NCBI GenBank assembly: GCA_030390025.1
Contig: CM059425.1
Location: forward strand, 169,510,001 to 169,574,000
DNA from: Squalus acanthias
Lineage: Eukaryota
Length of the DNA: 64,000 nt
Direction: 5' to 3'
Shown here: positions 12,353 to 25,168 of the stretch, piece by piece
Layout: the number at the start of each line of letters is the position of its first letter
How positions within the stretch are numbered: the first letter of the stretch is position 1
Notes under the pieces: generated by a model
What the model was told of the DNA's origin: nothing
Databases searched by the model: none
The model's input: the letters and a program-made list of their open reading frames with translations, nothing else
Program-made: the position numbers and the translations under genes

Positions 12353-12934
12353 AGAAAAACATCCCAAGACACTTCACACAGGATCATGGAGCTGAGAGAC
12401 GACAAGATGTTCAAGGATCGTCTAGGTGAGCGTCCCTTTCAATACCACTGGAAATTGCCACTTCCCAATTTGTACCGTCCATGTTTCGTGGGCGAGTTGA
12501 GGAACTAGCAGTAGAAATGCAGGTAGAGATGAAAATGGCGTTGGGATCCTGACAATGTTATTTGAGCCCAATTTACATATATTAATGAGGCCTCCACCTG
12601 TTTCTAATAGGAGCTCTGGCCACCTAAATCGAGGCATGCCTGAAATTCAGAATTTGTGGCCTTCTAACGGGAAGTTGATGGTTCAGTTTCTTACACAATT
12701 GTGGCCCCCCTACCACCCTATTTTTAGGTGTATGTAAGGCAGTATGGAAATATAAATCAGCCCCTTTAAAACTTACACTGTGGGCCTGCTTATAAAAGCA
12801 TCTGAGATATTATGCAAGTCCAAAATCATACATTTGTAAAGTTAAATATCATAGGGATGTCTGAATCTAAAACCTCAACCTTGATCAAAGTAATGATGCC
12901 TCTGCTGAGGTGAGGGATGAGAACAATCAGGATG

Positions 12935-13055
12935 AAAGAAAGAAAGTCTTGCATTTATATAGCACCTATCATGACCGCAGGACATCCCAAAGCACTTTAT
13001 AGCCAATCAAGTACTTTTGAAGTGTAGTCACTGTTGTAATGTAGGAAATGCGGCA
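12935..13055 (-). mobile_element. Deu-domain SINE (SacSINE1-like), 3' fragment
   Basis: AAGAAAG tail plus CTTGCATTTATATAGC...GTAGTCACTGTTGTAATGTAGGAAA, shared with three other copies. Confidence 0.75.
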
Positions 13056-13109
13056 TCCAGCGAATTATAATGGAGAGCACACTGCTGTCTCTACAGAAAC
13101 ACAATCATT

Positions 13110-13600
13110 GGGTCAAAGTGTGGCGATTGTATTGGGCGGGTGGTGGGGGAACCATCGCACTAACGCCCGATATCAGTAGCCTGAGGCCCAAACCATTTTC
13201 AAGTTCAGGCCTCATTTGCAGAGGGTCAGCGAGCTGCCGAGTGCCCATTCAGTGCTAACGGGCAGCTAGAGGGGTGGGAGATCTGGTGGCTCCATAGCCG
13301 AGCCGAGCCAGCAAACAACTGTTAAAGGTGGTGGGGTGGGGGGGGAGGGGGGGGGGGGCAGGGGTGGCAGTCTGAGTCGCGTTGAGCAGCTGGCAGGTGG
13401 GTCACAGTATTTTTGTGGGCTAAGTGTTCCTCCTGACCCCATATGATTCCTTGAATGAGCACTGGTTAGGCTGCTCAAGGCCTAGTGCCAATGGGCTGAG
13501 AGTGCAACCGGCATAGGATCCCGATTTGCATGGCGCCAATTTCGGGGTGGGGGTTGGGGGAGCTCGCTTGAAAATGGCATGAATCAGGCCCATGATTTCC
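13110..13600. mobile_element. Old GC-rich MITE-like repeat with G-runs (related to 17955-18640 and 38264-38904)
   Basis: Shared TCCTCCTG(A/G)CCC motif, central G-runs and subterminal GGCGGG/CCCG motifs; ends uncertain. Confidence 0.4.
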
Positions 13601-13778
13601 AAATAGTCAGAGGCCGTTACTATTATTGAAGAATCCTCTAAATGCATTGTCTAGAAATGATTGCATTATGTCCTAAGCACATGAGGGGAAATATCAGTTA
13701 CAGTGAACACCCTCTGCCAATACCTTTGATACACAAGGACCTCTTCAAGATCAGGGCTCTGGCAGTATGTTTGAAGTT

Positions 13779-14002
13779 GTGTACAAGGACACCCAGGTCC
13801 CTCTGAGCACTAACATTTCCCAATCTCTCACCATTTAAAAAATACTCTGCTTTTCTATTTTTCCTCCCAAAGTGGAAAACTTTACTTTTCTCCACATTAT
13901 ATTCCATTTGCCATGTTCTTGCCCACTCACTTAGCCTGTCTATATCTCCTTGAAGCCTCCTTGCATCCTCCTCACAACTTACATTCCCACCCAGCTTTGT
14001 AG
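13779..14002 (-). mobile_element. CR1 RT fragment
   Basis: MEYNVEKSKVFHFGRKNRKAEYFLNG...QRDLGVLVH. Confidence 0.85.
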
Positions 14003-14012
14003 CCTTTACTTG

Positions 14013-15235
14013 TTTTTTTTAATTCGTTCATGGGATCTGGGCATCGTTGGCAAGGCCAGCATTTATTGCTGTTAGGGAGGGTGTTCCAGGGTTTTGACCT
14101 AGCGACGATGAACGATCGGCGATATACTTCCAAGTCAGGATGGTGTGTGACTTGGAGGGGAACTTGGAGGTGGTGGTGTTCCCATGTACCTGCTGCCCTT
14201 CTCCTTCTAGGTCATAGAGGTTGCAGGTTTGGGAGGTGCTGCTGAAGGAGCCTTGGTGAGTTGCTGCATCTTGTAGATGGTACACACTGCACCCATGGTA
14301 CACCGGTGGTGGAGGAAGTGAATGCTTAAGGTGGTGGATGGGGTGCCAATCAAGTGGGCTGCTTTGTCCTGGATGGTGTCGAGCTTCTTGTGATGGTGGA
14401 GCTGCACTCATCCAGGCAAGTGGAGAATATTCCATCATACCTGTGCCCGAAATATTAAGATGTCTTTTCTCTTTTCAGAGGTTGACAGATCGGCTGTGTG
14501 TTTTGGCAACACGGTGGCATAGTGGTTAGCACTGTTGCCTCACAGCGGCAGGGACCCGGGTTCGAATCCGGCCTCGGGTGACTGTCTGTGTGGAGTTTGC
14601 ACATTCTCCCCGTGTCTGCGTGGGTTTCCTCTGGGTGCTCCGGTTTCCTCCCACAGTCCAAAGATGTGCGGGTTAGGTTGATTTGGTTATGATAAATTGA
14701 CCCTTAGTATTAGGGGGGATTAAATACGTGGGGTTACGGGGATAGGGTGGGATATGTGTCGGTGCAGGCTCGATGGGCTGAAATGGCCTCTATCTGCACT
14801 GTGGGGATTCTGTGATTCTGTGACTCCTTACTTGTGCCTTGTAGATGGTGGAAAGGCTTTGGGGAGTCAGGAGGTGAGACACTCACCGCAGAATACCTAG
14901 CCTCTGACCTGCTCTTGTTGCCACAGTATTTATGTGGCTGGTCCAGTTAAGTTTCTGGCCAATGGTGACCCCCCAGGATATTGATGGTGGGGGATTCGGC
15001 GATGATCATGCCGTTGAATGTCAAGGGGCGGTGGTTAGACTCTCGCTTGTTGGAGATTGTCATTGCCTAGCACTTCTGTGGCGTGAATGTTACCTGCCAC
15101 TTATCAGCCCAAGCCTGAATGTCGTCAAGGTCTTGTTGCATGTGGGCATGGACTACTTCATTATCTGAGGAGTTGCGAATGGCATTGAACACTGTGCAGT
15201 CATCAGCAAACATCCCCATTTTTGACCTTATGATG
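14013..15235 (-). mobile_element. LINE family B 3' fragment, interrupted by a SINE
   Basis: MEYSPLAWM and TILTWKYI segments; A-rich tail; homologous to 44934-45917 and 56790-57630. Confidence 0.9.
14505..14822 (+). mobile_element. tRNA-derived V-SINE (HE1-like), full length
   Basis: A-box TGGCATAGTGG, B-box GGTTCGAATCC, V-domain GTGTGGAGTTTGCACATTCTCCCCGTGTCTGCGTGGGTTTCC, CR1-derived 3' hairpin and GATTCTGT tail. Confidence 0.92.
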
Positions 15236-15239
15236 TGCC

Positions 15240-15482
15240 TTAAATAAAAAAAAACAGAAAATGCTGGAAGTACATAAAGTCAGTATTTGGGAAAAAAAGA
15301 CAAGATTGGTTATCTTTTGGGTAAAGACGCTTCATCAAAGCTCTTTCAGAGTTCTGATGAAGGACCTGTGCCCGAAATATTAAGATGTCTTTTCTCTTTT
15401 CAGAGGTTGACAGATCGGCTGTGTGTTTTGGCATTTTCTGTTTTTATTCTAAACTTCAAGTATTTGCAGTTTTTCTTTTTTA
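15240..15482. repeat. Inverted pair of Penelope-like terminal repeats with a hammerhead motif
   Basis: Centre reads CTTCATCAAAGCTCT-TTC-AGAGTTCTGATGAAG; CTGATGA at 15354-15360 and GAAA at 15374-15377; outer arms AAAACAGAAAATGC / GCATTTTCTGTTTT. Confidence 0.65.
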
Positions 15483-17471
15483 TCTCTGTAGGCTCTTTAA
15501 TTAATTTTCCAAAGTCACTGGTCTTTGATGAATTTGGTGTCATTTTACATGAAAACCTGAGGCAGTTTTTGAATCAGGCAGAGTCCAACAAGCGCCCCAA
15601 AATCTATTTTACTTTCCCTATGAAATGCCCTTTTCCTGTAATATATAGGAATCTATAGATATGGCAGTGTAAGCACTGTCTCCTCCATGTTGCCTTTATC
15701 AATTCCATTTCCTAAATAAAATGATTTTTACATTCTCGAATACACTGCGCAACTGTCGCAAATAATTTCATGAATTTACACAAAACAAATGAAGAAACAT
15801 GCATCATTGCACATAGACAAAACAGAAGACTGCTGTTTTAGACAAAAATACACACACTATTTCAAACACAGCATCTGCATATCCTTCTGTTATGCCAAGT
15901 TGAATTATACGTTCTAGTTCATTAGGGACACTGACACCTAATGTTGTGAGGCAGCTGGAGGCTTTATGCACCCATTTCACAAAGCAGCTGGCACTGCTGT
16001 TAGTTTACGCTCTTTTAATCTCATAGCACCACTGAAGATATATATCTTTATTTACCATTGTTTTATCTCGCACACAAAATATTGTATCTATTACAAACTA
16101 ATCAGCTGCAATATGTTACATACTGATGTAGAGCGCAAGTGCTCTCCCAGTGTGATGTGGAATTGTTGCAGAAAGTAAGATTATGTTGGCAGAGGCTACC
16201 TACTGAATCTGACTTGACTGTTGGATATGCAACATGTGCTGTTGTATTGATGCCAACAAAGATGCATCTTTATGTTTGATTTCCCCCCTCTCTTCCTCCC
16301 ATTGCAGTTACTCAACTTGATTGACATGAGAGCAAGTGGGCCGCAGGTCTCTGAAGTCTATACTATCCAGTGGCTCAGCTGATGAAACTGTAATTTTCAT
16401 GATCTGAACTAAAACACCCATGATACAGGCTACAGAAACCTGAAAAGGTGAAACCCTGGACTTCATCTCACAGTTAAAGTATAAGGAATTTCTGACTTGC
16501 ATCTTCAATTATACCTTAGTGTCTCCCAGAAGGCACTACCTGAAAACAGTGACCACCACCTCTCTGTTCAATCTGCCCATCACGTTTTCTCAAAGAAGCC
16601 ACTCCCACAAATTTTCTTCTGAAATCCATCTCTATGGCTATCATCAGAAATAGAGCCAATTTACGGAATAGCCAAGCTCTTTGGCTCCGAAGTGATTAAC
16701 TTTTTCTTGAGGTATTAACTCTCCCTTCCCCAGGGTTCCTCTGTTTTGTCTTAATAGCATGTACTAGAGATTGATTTACATAATGTGAGTCTTGGAACAG
16801 TGATCTGTCTAGAGTTGGAATTAACCCCCAGCTTCCCACAACATTAACTTTTAACCCAGAGAACATCCAAGACTGTATCAAAAACTCTTTAAGAACCCTT
16901 AATTAGCGGGGTAAAAGCCTGAGAGTCTTTAAGATATTTTTAAATATTGCATTTCCTGAAATGTAGCATTTCTTTTCTATTTAGATTGCGGGATGAGGAT
17001 TGATACCCAGCACAATACATTAACCTGATGTCAGCTCTCTAGTAATGCGCACTTAGTTATTCTTCCAACATTATAATGTGTGAAAATCATTTACATGAAA
17101 TGCATTGGGGAAAATTTATATTTTTGATTGTAATTTATGACTCACTGACTCAATGGAATGATCGTTTTTCTAATATGCTCTTCCTCGGGCTTCAACATTT
17201 CCGGTGCTGAACTGTGTCCACCGGAAGCACAATATCAGGAAATTGCACATCCCCAACCAATGAGTTTCAGGCCATTAATTTTAGTAGTTAGAAAATCATG
17301 GGCTGTGACTGCATAATATCTTGAAATGCATCCCTCGTGGGCACAGTTCCATGCCAGGACCTTTGAAGTGGAAAGTTCATTCTGTGGTTTCATTAGCACC
17401 AATGAGAAAATAGTAATCAGCTACAATAATGACCTTTTCACATTCTTTAAGCTGCTAACAAGCCACTTAAG

Positions 17472-17772
17472 GAAAAGAAAGGTCTTGCATTTATATAGCG
17501 CCTTTCATGACCTCAGGACGTCCCAAGGCATTTTGCAGCCAATGAAGTACTTTTGAAGATGTAGTCACTGTTGTAATGTAGGAAACATGGTAGCCAATTC
17601 TGCGCGCAGCAAGCTCCCACAAACGGCAATGAAATAAATGACCAAATAATCTGTTTTAGTGATGTTGGTTGAGGAATAAATATTGGCCAGGACACTAGGG
17701 AGAACTCCCCTGCTCCTCTTCAAATATCGTTTACATCCACCTGACCTTGGTTTAACGTCTCACCCGAAAGAT
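17472..17772 (-). mobile_element. Deu-domain SINE (SacSINE1-like)
   Basis: Colinear with 60172-60617. Confidence 0.8.
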
Positions 17773-17954
17773 GATAAATCTATAATGAATTTACTCAGAA
17801 GTTAGAATCTTGAAGGCTTTGGAGCTATGTAGTTTGGATGAGTTCACAGAACTACGTATTATATTAATGATATATTCTCAATAGACTCGATGGGCCGAAT
17901 GGCCTCCTTCTGTGCTGTACTATTCTATGATTCTAAGTCTGGATTTTCCCACAA

Positions 17955-18640
17955 GCTGTGGAGTTTTAACTCCAAAGTGTGTGACTTTTGGCCCTGATAG
18001 GTTCCCCACCCAGAAGTCAGCCTGATTGACAGGCTTGGCTTCCAGGCAGGTGCGGAGCACTCCAGAGGAGGCCGCAGAACCGGGTAGGTCCAATCCCTGA
18101 CCCCGGTGGTGGGGGGGGGGTTCGATCCCGGGGGGGGGGGTGGTTTGCGTGGGAGGTGGGGGCGACTGATGGTGGAAGAGCCTGCGGAGCTGGGAGGAAG
18201 CACTCCTGCTCCTCCTGGCCCACTTACCTTCTCCCTGTAGCTCTCCTCGCCTTGCTGCAGCTGCCGGGGCCCTGGAAACCCAACTGGCAATGTTCCTGCG
18301 CAGCCAACTCACTGGCTTTTAAATAGGAATAACTGCACATGCACGGTATTTTTGAATGGGCTGCGCAGCCCCTTAAAGGGGCCGTGCACCCAAAAAATAC
18401 TAAAGGGAACATTTCTGGCTGCAAAGCAGGTTAAATCTGAGGCTTCCAGCCTCCTTAACATATTTAAAATGCTAACCCACCTCCTGGGAGCGGGTAGGCT
18501 GCCCGTCCCTTGTCCTGCGTCAGTAAAACCCGAAGTCAACGGGTTGGATCCGGCTTCTCGACATGCTGAGAATTTTTTCCCATTTAATCCCCGACTCGCA
18601 CCCACTCCCACCCACTCACCCATGTTAAAAATCCCCCCCC
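17955..18640. mobile_element. GC-rich MITE-like element, probably Harbinger-derived
   Basis: Right end GTTAAAAATCCCCC; TTAAAGGGG motif at 18373; G-runs; left end approximate. Confidence 0.55.
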
Positions 18641-18721
18641 CCAATGATTCTGTGATTGCATTAATGTTTCCACACAAATATTTGTGCACATGCGCTTAAC
18701 AGTGAATGAAATGACAATACA

Positions 18722-18897
18722 GGGGATGAACTTCTGTGGGGCCTCTCCTGATCTCCTGCCCTAGCTCCGGTGGAAGATTAACTGGAATCTTGGAGAAACG
18801 GCACAAATAACCTTTTATGCCATTTCTCCAAGGTTATGTTGATCTTCCATTGAAGTTACCGTAGGCGATCAGGAGAACCCCGTGAAAATTCTCCCCC
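18722..18897. mobile_element. Small fold-back MITE
   Basis: Imperfect palindrome over its whole length: TCTCCTGATC/GATCAGGAGA, GGAAGAT/ATCTTCC, CTTGGAGAAA/TTTCTCCAAG. Confidence 0.75.
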
Positions 18898-19756
18898 ACT
18901 GTAACCAAATGGATGAGTGATTATGTACTCAGAGCGGACAAAGAATCTAAAGCCTAACCAGGCATATGCAAAGAGCATCATTCAACTGAGCACACTGTTA
19001 CTACCCCCTCTTGATGCAGATACAAACACACATACTAAAATTATAAGAGATGATCTTTGTAATACTGAATAGGAATCATAGGGTGAGCTAACACAGAACT
19101 GGTGAGGAAGAAGGTTGGTGAGAGCCCATCAAGATTTGGGTGCATATCCAGAATTTTAAATGCCCTTCCTATGGGGATACAGACCTTTGTGGGGATACAA
19201 ATCTTAGCGAGCTGATTTCTAAGGGAGGCTGTTAGAATTGCAGAGTCACACATTCTATGTGGAAGATGGTCTCAGTACTGTTTAGGGAACCAAACATCCT
19301 GATATTTATTGCCTTTTTTCATATCAGTGATGCCAACATTAGTATACAGTGCAGGATCAATTGACCAGTGGTAACACTAATGGCATCTGCAGTAGAGATC
19401 TCATTTATGCACGCTACACGCAGAATAGGGTCAGCTCACACGTGCTCCCACTGCTGCAATGGAGACTTAGGAGTGCAAACTGCAAGACATGGCTATGGTT
19501 GGCTTCTGTTAGCTTGGAGATCAATTGTATACAACCATGATGGAGGTATTACAAGGCTCCATAAATGTGCACTGTTCCATGCCCTTACAGATCAGTGAGT
19601 ACCATGAGGAGATGTCCTCCAGTATTTGCATGCATAGAATAGTTCAAGACCATTAAATTGGCACTCATGATAGCTGCAGTTCTGGTACCGTGCAGCAACC
19701 ATTCTCCAATGCTGTTCCTCATCTTGGGAAGCAAGTAGTGGTAGTAAGACATTTAG

Positions 19757-20395
19757 CAATTAAAATTTGGTGTCGCCCCTTTTGGGTGCTAACATCGGCA
19801 GAGTGCTAATTTTAGCACACCGAAAAAGTTAGCATCCCTCCGCCTGAAATTCAGTTGTAGCGCCCCAAGCAGGAGGTGGAGCGCTGCGTCATTGCAGGCC
19901 TCCCTCTCCTGATTAAAGGGGAGGGGCCTAGTGCTGTACGCACCGGGGCCCTGCGAGACCACCAGGGAGCGGGGTGACATAAAAACAGCCCGGCACTCAA
20001 CAGGAGTGCTAGGCTGAGTGATCGCAGCCGGCACCCCGAGAAAAAAGGGGAAGGGGGCAGTTGCTGGCAGTCGGCCAAAATAAAAAATGACCACCCGATA
20101 CCTGCCCCTTTTACTACCGCTACCGCGGCTGCAAAAACGCCCCCCTGACCCTGTCGGACATACCGTCCGGCGATAGGTCAGGGGGCACAACCGAAGTTTG
20201 CGGCTGGGGCGCGATTGGAGAGCTGTGCACGGCGATGACGTCACTGCCGGTGGCACAGCGCCACAGGGCGTTACCGGCTACTACCGCCGCTAACCTCCCG
20301 CTGAATTTCGCGGGAGGCATTAGTGGCGCCGCGCCCGGGCGCTAGGGGATTTGCGCCCGCTAACGAGAGGTGCAAATCAACCCAAATTTTCCCCC
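19757..20395 (+). mobile_element. Harbinger MITE family A variant, similar to 3694-4455
   Basis: Right TIR AAATTTTCCCCC; left TIR damaged; colinear subterminal motifs; TGACGTCA at 20236. Confidence 0.85.
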
Positions 20396-20539
20396 TACAG
20401 AGAGGTTCATGATACACAAGAACAAATGTGGCAGCAAAACACATTAAACAGGTATATCAGAAGCGCCAGAAAGCTTAATAAAACAAATTGACCTTTAATA
20501 CATTTTCGTAGAACTTTCATGGGGGTTTTCCTAATTTCC

Positions 20540-20860
20540 CACCTTTAAAATAGAAAAATATCCTGAGGCGCTTCACAGAAGTGTAATGAGGCAAAAATGG
20601 ATGCCAAGTCAAAGAAGGAAATTTTCGGAGTGGTGACAAAAGCTTGGTTAAAGTGGTGGGTTTTAAAGAGTGTCTTAAAGGAAAAGAGGGAGGTTTAGAA
20701 AGGAAATTCCAGAGCAAAGGGCATAAATGGCTGAAGGCACGGCCACATGTGATGGAGCGAAGGGAGGGTGTTGCATAAGCGGCCAGAGTCAGAGGAATGC
20801 AGACTTCTCAGAGAGTAGTAGGACTGGTGGAAGTTACAGAGATAGGGAGGGGTGAGGCAA
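20540..20860 (-). mobile_element. L2-like LINE 3' fragment
   Basis: Minus strand reads LWNFLSKPP...FPLRHSLKPTTLTKL, a degenerate L2 ORF2 end, followed by TGTGAAGCGCC 3' UTR sequence. Confidence 0.6.
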
Positions 20861-21170
20861 TAGCATAAAAGTTGCGGGCAATGGTGATTTTCACTGCTAG
20901 TGGAAGTGCATGGCAGATGATTGACTGTCCCTGCAGGTCATCATGGCACACCTCAGTCAAAGCTCCTTCGTTCTTCAAAGCTTTCTTGCATACTGTCCCT
21001 CCACCATGCCCAGGTAACTCATTCTATTACAGTGCATCTACTGCAAGGCATGTTACCTGCTATCAGTTATGCATCTGCTATGCCCTCTGCTCTCCTGGGG
21101 AACCGTCTCCTTCTTCACTTCCTGCTCCACTGCAATGTACCAGCCAATGCTCGCAGGCAGAAAATTACTC
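20861..21170 (-). pseudogene. Degenerate Harbinger transposase N-terminal fragment
   Basis: Minus strand reads HALPLAVKITIARNFYA, homologous to SLSVAIKVTVALNFYA of the 23994-25168 transposase. Confidence 0.75.
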
Positions 21171-21755
21171 AATATATTATTTCTTGCTTTCACTTCTTTG
21201 ATAATACTTCCAAATCTTCGGTTTCATAAAACCCAGGTGTAACCTGGCATAAAACCCTTCTGTTTAATTTGGCAGCACAGCTGCAGAATTCTGCAGAGTT
21301 CATCAGTAATAACCTCAAGAAGAGAAAAAAAATCAGCTTTTCTCTTGCCTTTTGCTAATGTTTGTTAAATCTACTTTTAGAGGGATAGGAATCTCAAAGC
21401 AGCACTAGACACAGACGGGAAAAATTCGGTATTGACCATTTTGGGGCACTAACATCGCCTGGGCGGTAACTTTAGCTCCCAGCGAACGCAAAATTGAGTT
21501 TTAGCACCCCAAGAGGGAAGTGGAGCGCTAAATCAAGTGCTACACACTTCTCTTAGGGTGCTAACGTCGGAGAGCGGGGCGCTACCTTCAGCGCGCTAAT
21601 CAAGTTCTGGCGCTGTCAATTAGAGAGCCCTCAGACAGACTGGCACCTTCCAGTTCTTAAAGGGGAGGTTCAATCATGCTGCACAGCCTCACTCTGATCA
21701 TTGCTGCTTGTGAACTGGGCCTGCAAGGAGCTGCAAGCCTTCATTCAAGCAACTG

Positions 21756-23610
21756 ATGGCCGACAAGAGCCCCAGAGAGAGAGCTCGCCGGTTCAGCGAC
21801 CAGGCCTTGGAGGCTCTGGTCACGGCCGTGGAACGCCGACGGGCAGTGCTCTTCCTGGACACTGGCAGGAGGCCATTGCCACAGGCCTTTAGGAGGATGT
21901 GGAGGGAAGTCGCCCAGCACGTGTCGGCCAGAAGTGTGGTCCCCAGAACTCCCATCCAGTGCCGGAAGAAATTCAACGACCTCACTCAGGTGGTCAGGGT
22001 GAGTACATGCTTCAAAAACCTCTGCATGCCACCATCTCAACCTCACTCTGTGCACACACTGTATAAACCGCCACATCCCCAACACTCACCCACCAACTAT
22101 GTCCACCTACTAAAAGTGACATGCACATCTCATGCCTTGCATACATTAACATCTATTCAACTATGATAGGTACATATGCCAAACACACAGCTGCACACTC
22201 ACTCACACGCTTTCCTTTTTCTTGCAGGCCAAACTTGCTCTCAACAGGAGGGAGCAGGTATGAATGGGAGGAGGTGAGGCGGACCTGCACCCCCTTACAG
22301 ACCTGGTGGAGCGAGTGGGCCGCATCATTGCTGCCCATGTCGTGGGCGCTGTGGCAGTCGGAGATGTCGACCCCCTTGGGGACAACAACGGTATGTTCAT
22401 CACCTCTCCCTCTTCTCTCATACCAATCCCCCTCATACCACAAGCCTTTCCCACTTTCCATCGAAGTATACTGTCTCCATTCCTTGCTCCCTTCCTGCCC
22501 CCCTCCCCTGATCTTAACCCCATTCTTGTGCCTTTATGCTTTCAGATAATCAGCCACCACATGACCAGCCTGTCCCTCACCCTCCCAGTGGCAGCAACGT
22601 GGGAGAGGAGGAGGAAGAACAAGCCAGAGCCTCACTGCCTGTGTTTTCCAAAGGCTCTAGGTCCAATAATGGGGCGATGCGGTCACTGAAGGGGAGCCTA
22701 GGAAATGGGTCTGATGTGGGTGAAGCTCCGGGACCCAGCGGGCTGCAGCAACGCCATGAGGAAAGGGAAGCTCGGGAGCCATCTCCCCAGAGGGGAGTTC
22801 GCGCACAGGACTCAGATGAGGACCTCGATGTGGAGGCGATGACCAGATGGGCGATGTGCATGCACACTGAGCTCATGGGTGTAATGGCAAGGGTGCCCAA
22901 AAGCATGGATGCACTGGCAAGGAGTGTGGAGGAGTCCGCCTCCAGCATTGCACTTATCTCCGTGCACACCATTGAGCCCATCCTTGGCACTTTGCCAAGG
23001 ATGGTTGCCTCGCAGAGAGACCATGGGGACCCAGACCTCATGCCATGTCTCAGGCTGAAGCAACGCAACGGTTTAATGCTGTAATGGAGTCAGTGGTTGC
23101 TGGCATGCAGTCTCAGACTGCTCTCATCCAATCTCAGACTGCTCTCATGCAGTCTCAGATTGATGTCACGCAAGCGCTGACTGCTGCCATTGTCGCTGAG
23201 TTGTCCACAGTCCATCGGGGATCTGATGGTGCCGCAGCAGGCCAGCAATCTGTGCTCCAGCAGATTGCTCCGGATGCTGAGGTTCTGCTCCGGGGAGTGG
23301 CAGTGTGTCGGTTGAGCAGGAAGGTGCTGTCCTCTCTCAGGATGACAGCATTCCTGCTCCCACCACTGCCACTCCGCCATTTCACTTGTCGCAGCCTGTA
23401 ACCCAGCCAGCCCAGACTGCTGCCGCCCATGCAGAGTTGGTGCAGTCTGCAGCCGGGCCCTCCAGGCCCAGAGCTGGTCGAGGGCGTCCTTCAAGGGCAT
23501 CTGTAGTCTCTGGCTCCCAGACTCAGCAGCCTTCCACCAGCCTTGCTGCAGCCACTGGGGCCACATTACAGAGGAGCTGTAGGGTTAGGAGGGGGAACTC
23601 CAAAGGGGAG
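21756..23610 (+). pseudogene. Harbinger Myb/SANT-like DNA-binding gene with 3 exons (21756-21998, 22228-22390, 22546-about 23610)
   Basis: RFSDQALEALV...W..VA...RTPIQCRKKFNDL; GT-AG introns in phases 0 and 1 keep the frame; TGA at 22261 and frameshifts in exon 3. Confidence 0.9.
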
Positions 23611-23613
23611 GGA

Positions 23614-23742
23614 AAGAAGGGTCATCGACCTGAAATGTTAACTCTGTTTCTCTCTCTACAAATGCTGCCTGACCTGCTGAGTATTTCCAGCATTTTCTGT
23701 TTTTATTTCAGATTTCCAGCATCCGCAGTATTTTGCTTTTGT
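23614..23742 (+). repeat. Penelope-like terminal-repeat fragment (3' half of a hammerhead) inside the Harbinger element
   Basis: GAAGGGTCATCGACCTGAAATGTTAACTCT followed by the family body. Confidence 0.7.
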
Positions 23743-23993
23743 ATTGGGGAGTAAAGAATACTTTATTAGCAAATGAGGGTAGTGTGTGTTAATAAGTTGA
23801 TGTGTTTGTAAATATATTGTGTTTCTTTATGAATAGTTGTGTTTCATAAGAGTGAGTTGTGTTTGATATTAAATTGTTAATTTGACGTTGCACATTTTGT
23901 GATGTTTCTCATTTGACCTTTGCCCGGTGATAGGGACTGCGAGCTGGCTGTAATGATGTGGTTGTTTTGTGCAAATGCCATGTGATATATCAT

Positions 23994-25168
23994 TTATTGG
24001 AAGCGCTGTCTAATGAGGTGCTCACGAACGGCCCTTGCAGAAGCAAGATTGAGTGCCTCCCTCCTACATTGCTCCTCCTCCTTCTCCTCCTCCTCCTCTT
24101 CCTCCTCTGCCTCCTCCTCCTCCTGTCCTTCTTCCTCCTCCTGAGGTGGACCTCCTGGTGGCAATGGCTGTGCCCTCAGAATGGCCAGGCTGTGCAGCAT
24201 GCAGCACACAATGATGAGAAGGGAGACTCGATCAGGGGAGTACTGCAGGGCTCCTTCAGACCGGTCAAGGCAGTGGAACCATTGCTTCAGCACCTCGATA
24301 ATCTGTTCAATCAGGTTCCTGGTGGCGCTATGGCTGTCATTGTAGGCGGCTGAGCAGGAGTGTTGGGGTTATGGAGCGGTGTCATCAGCCAGGTGGCGAG
24401 TGGATAACCCTTGTCTCCGCGCAGCCAGCTGCGAGCTTGATGTGGTGAGTGGAACAGTGCTGGGACATCGGTCTGTCGCAGGATGAATGCATCGTGGCTG
24501 CTGCCAGGATAGCGGGCATTGATGGCGAGGATGTGCAGTCTGTGGTCGCACACCAACTGAACGTTCAGAGAGTGGTAGCCTTTGCGGTTGCGGAACACCT
24601 CTGCATTGTGATGAGATGCCCGCAATGCCACGTGGGTGCAGTCAATGGCACCCTGAACCATGGGGAAGCCCACTATCCTTGCAAAGCCACATGAGCGTTC
24701 GTCCTGCTTCTCTCTGGTGATGGGGAATGAGATGTACTCCCTTCTCCTACTGTAGAGAGCATCTGTTACCTCCCGGATGCAGCAATGGATGGCGAACTGT
24801 GAAATGTTTGCAATATCCCCTGTTGAAGCCTGGAAGGAGCCACTTGCATAGAAATTGAGAGCGACTGTGACCTTAATTGCCACTGAGAGCGATGTCCTGG
24901 TCCTGAGCTGAGGCTGGAGGTCTGGCTGCAGGAGGTGGCAAAGCTCTGTGACCACCTCCTTGCTGAAGCGAAGCCTTCTAAGGCACTGCTCCTCTGACAG
25001 ATGAATGTAGGAGAAGTGCTCCCGGAATACCCTGGGAGGGTAAGGTCTCCTGTTGAGAGCCCTTTTGGCCCTCCACCCTCTGGCCACATTTTCTAATCTT
25101 TCTCTCTGCCTCCGCTGCCTCCTACGGTGACGCTGGAGAGCGAGGTCCCGTCCCAGTACAGTCCCCAT
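23994..25168 (-). pseudogene. Harbinger DDE transposase (HARBI1-like) with one frameshift
   Basis: [48 protein letters not shown] and an acidic tail; a single 1-nt deletion near 24347. Confidence 0.95.

Noticed and set aside
14505..14575. tRNA gene
   Set aside because: It is the tRNA-derived head of a SINE, continuous with the V-domain and the LINE-derived tail.
23994..25168. Domesticated HARBI1 / NAIF1 host genes
   Set aside because: The genes lie within TIR-bounded elements, have stops or frameshifts, and have several paralogous remnants in the window, so they are transposon copies.
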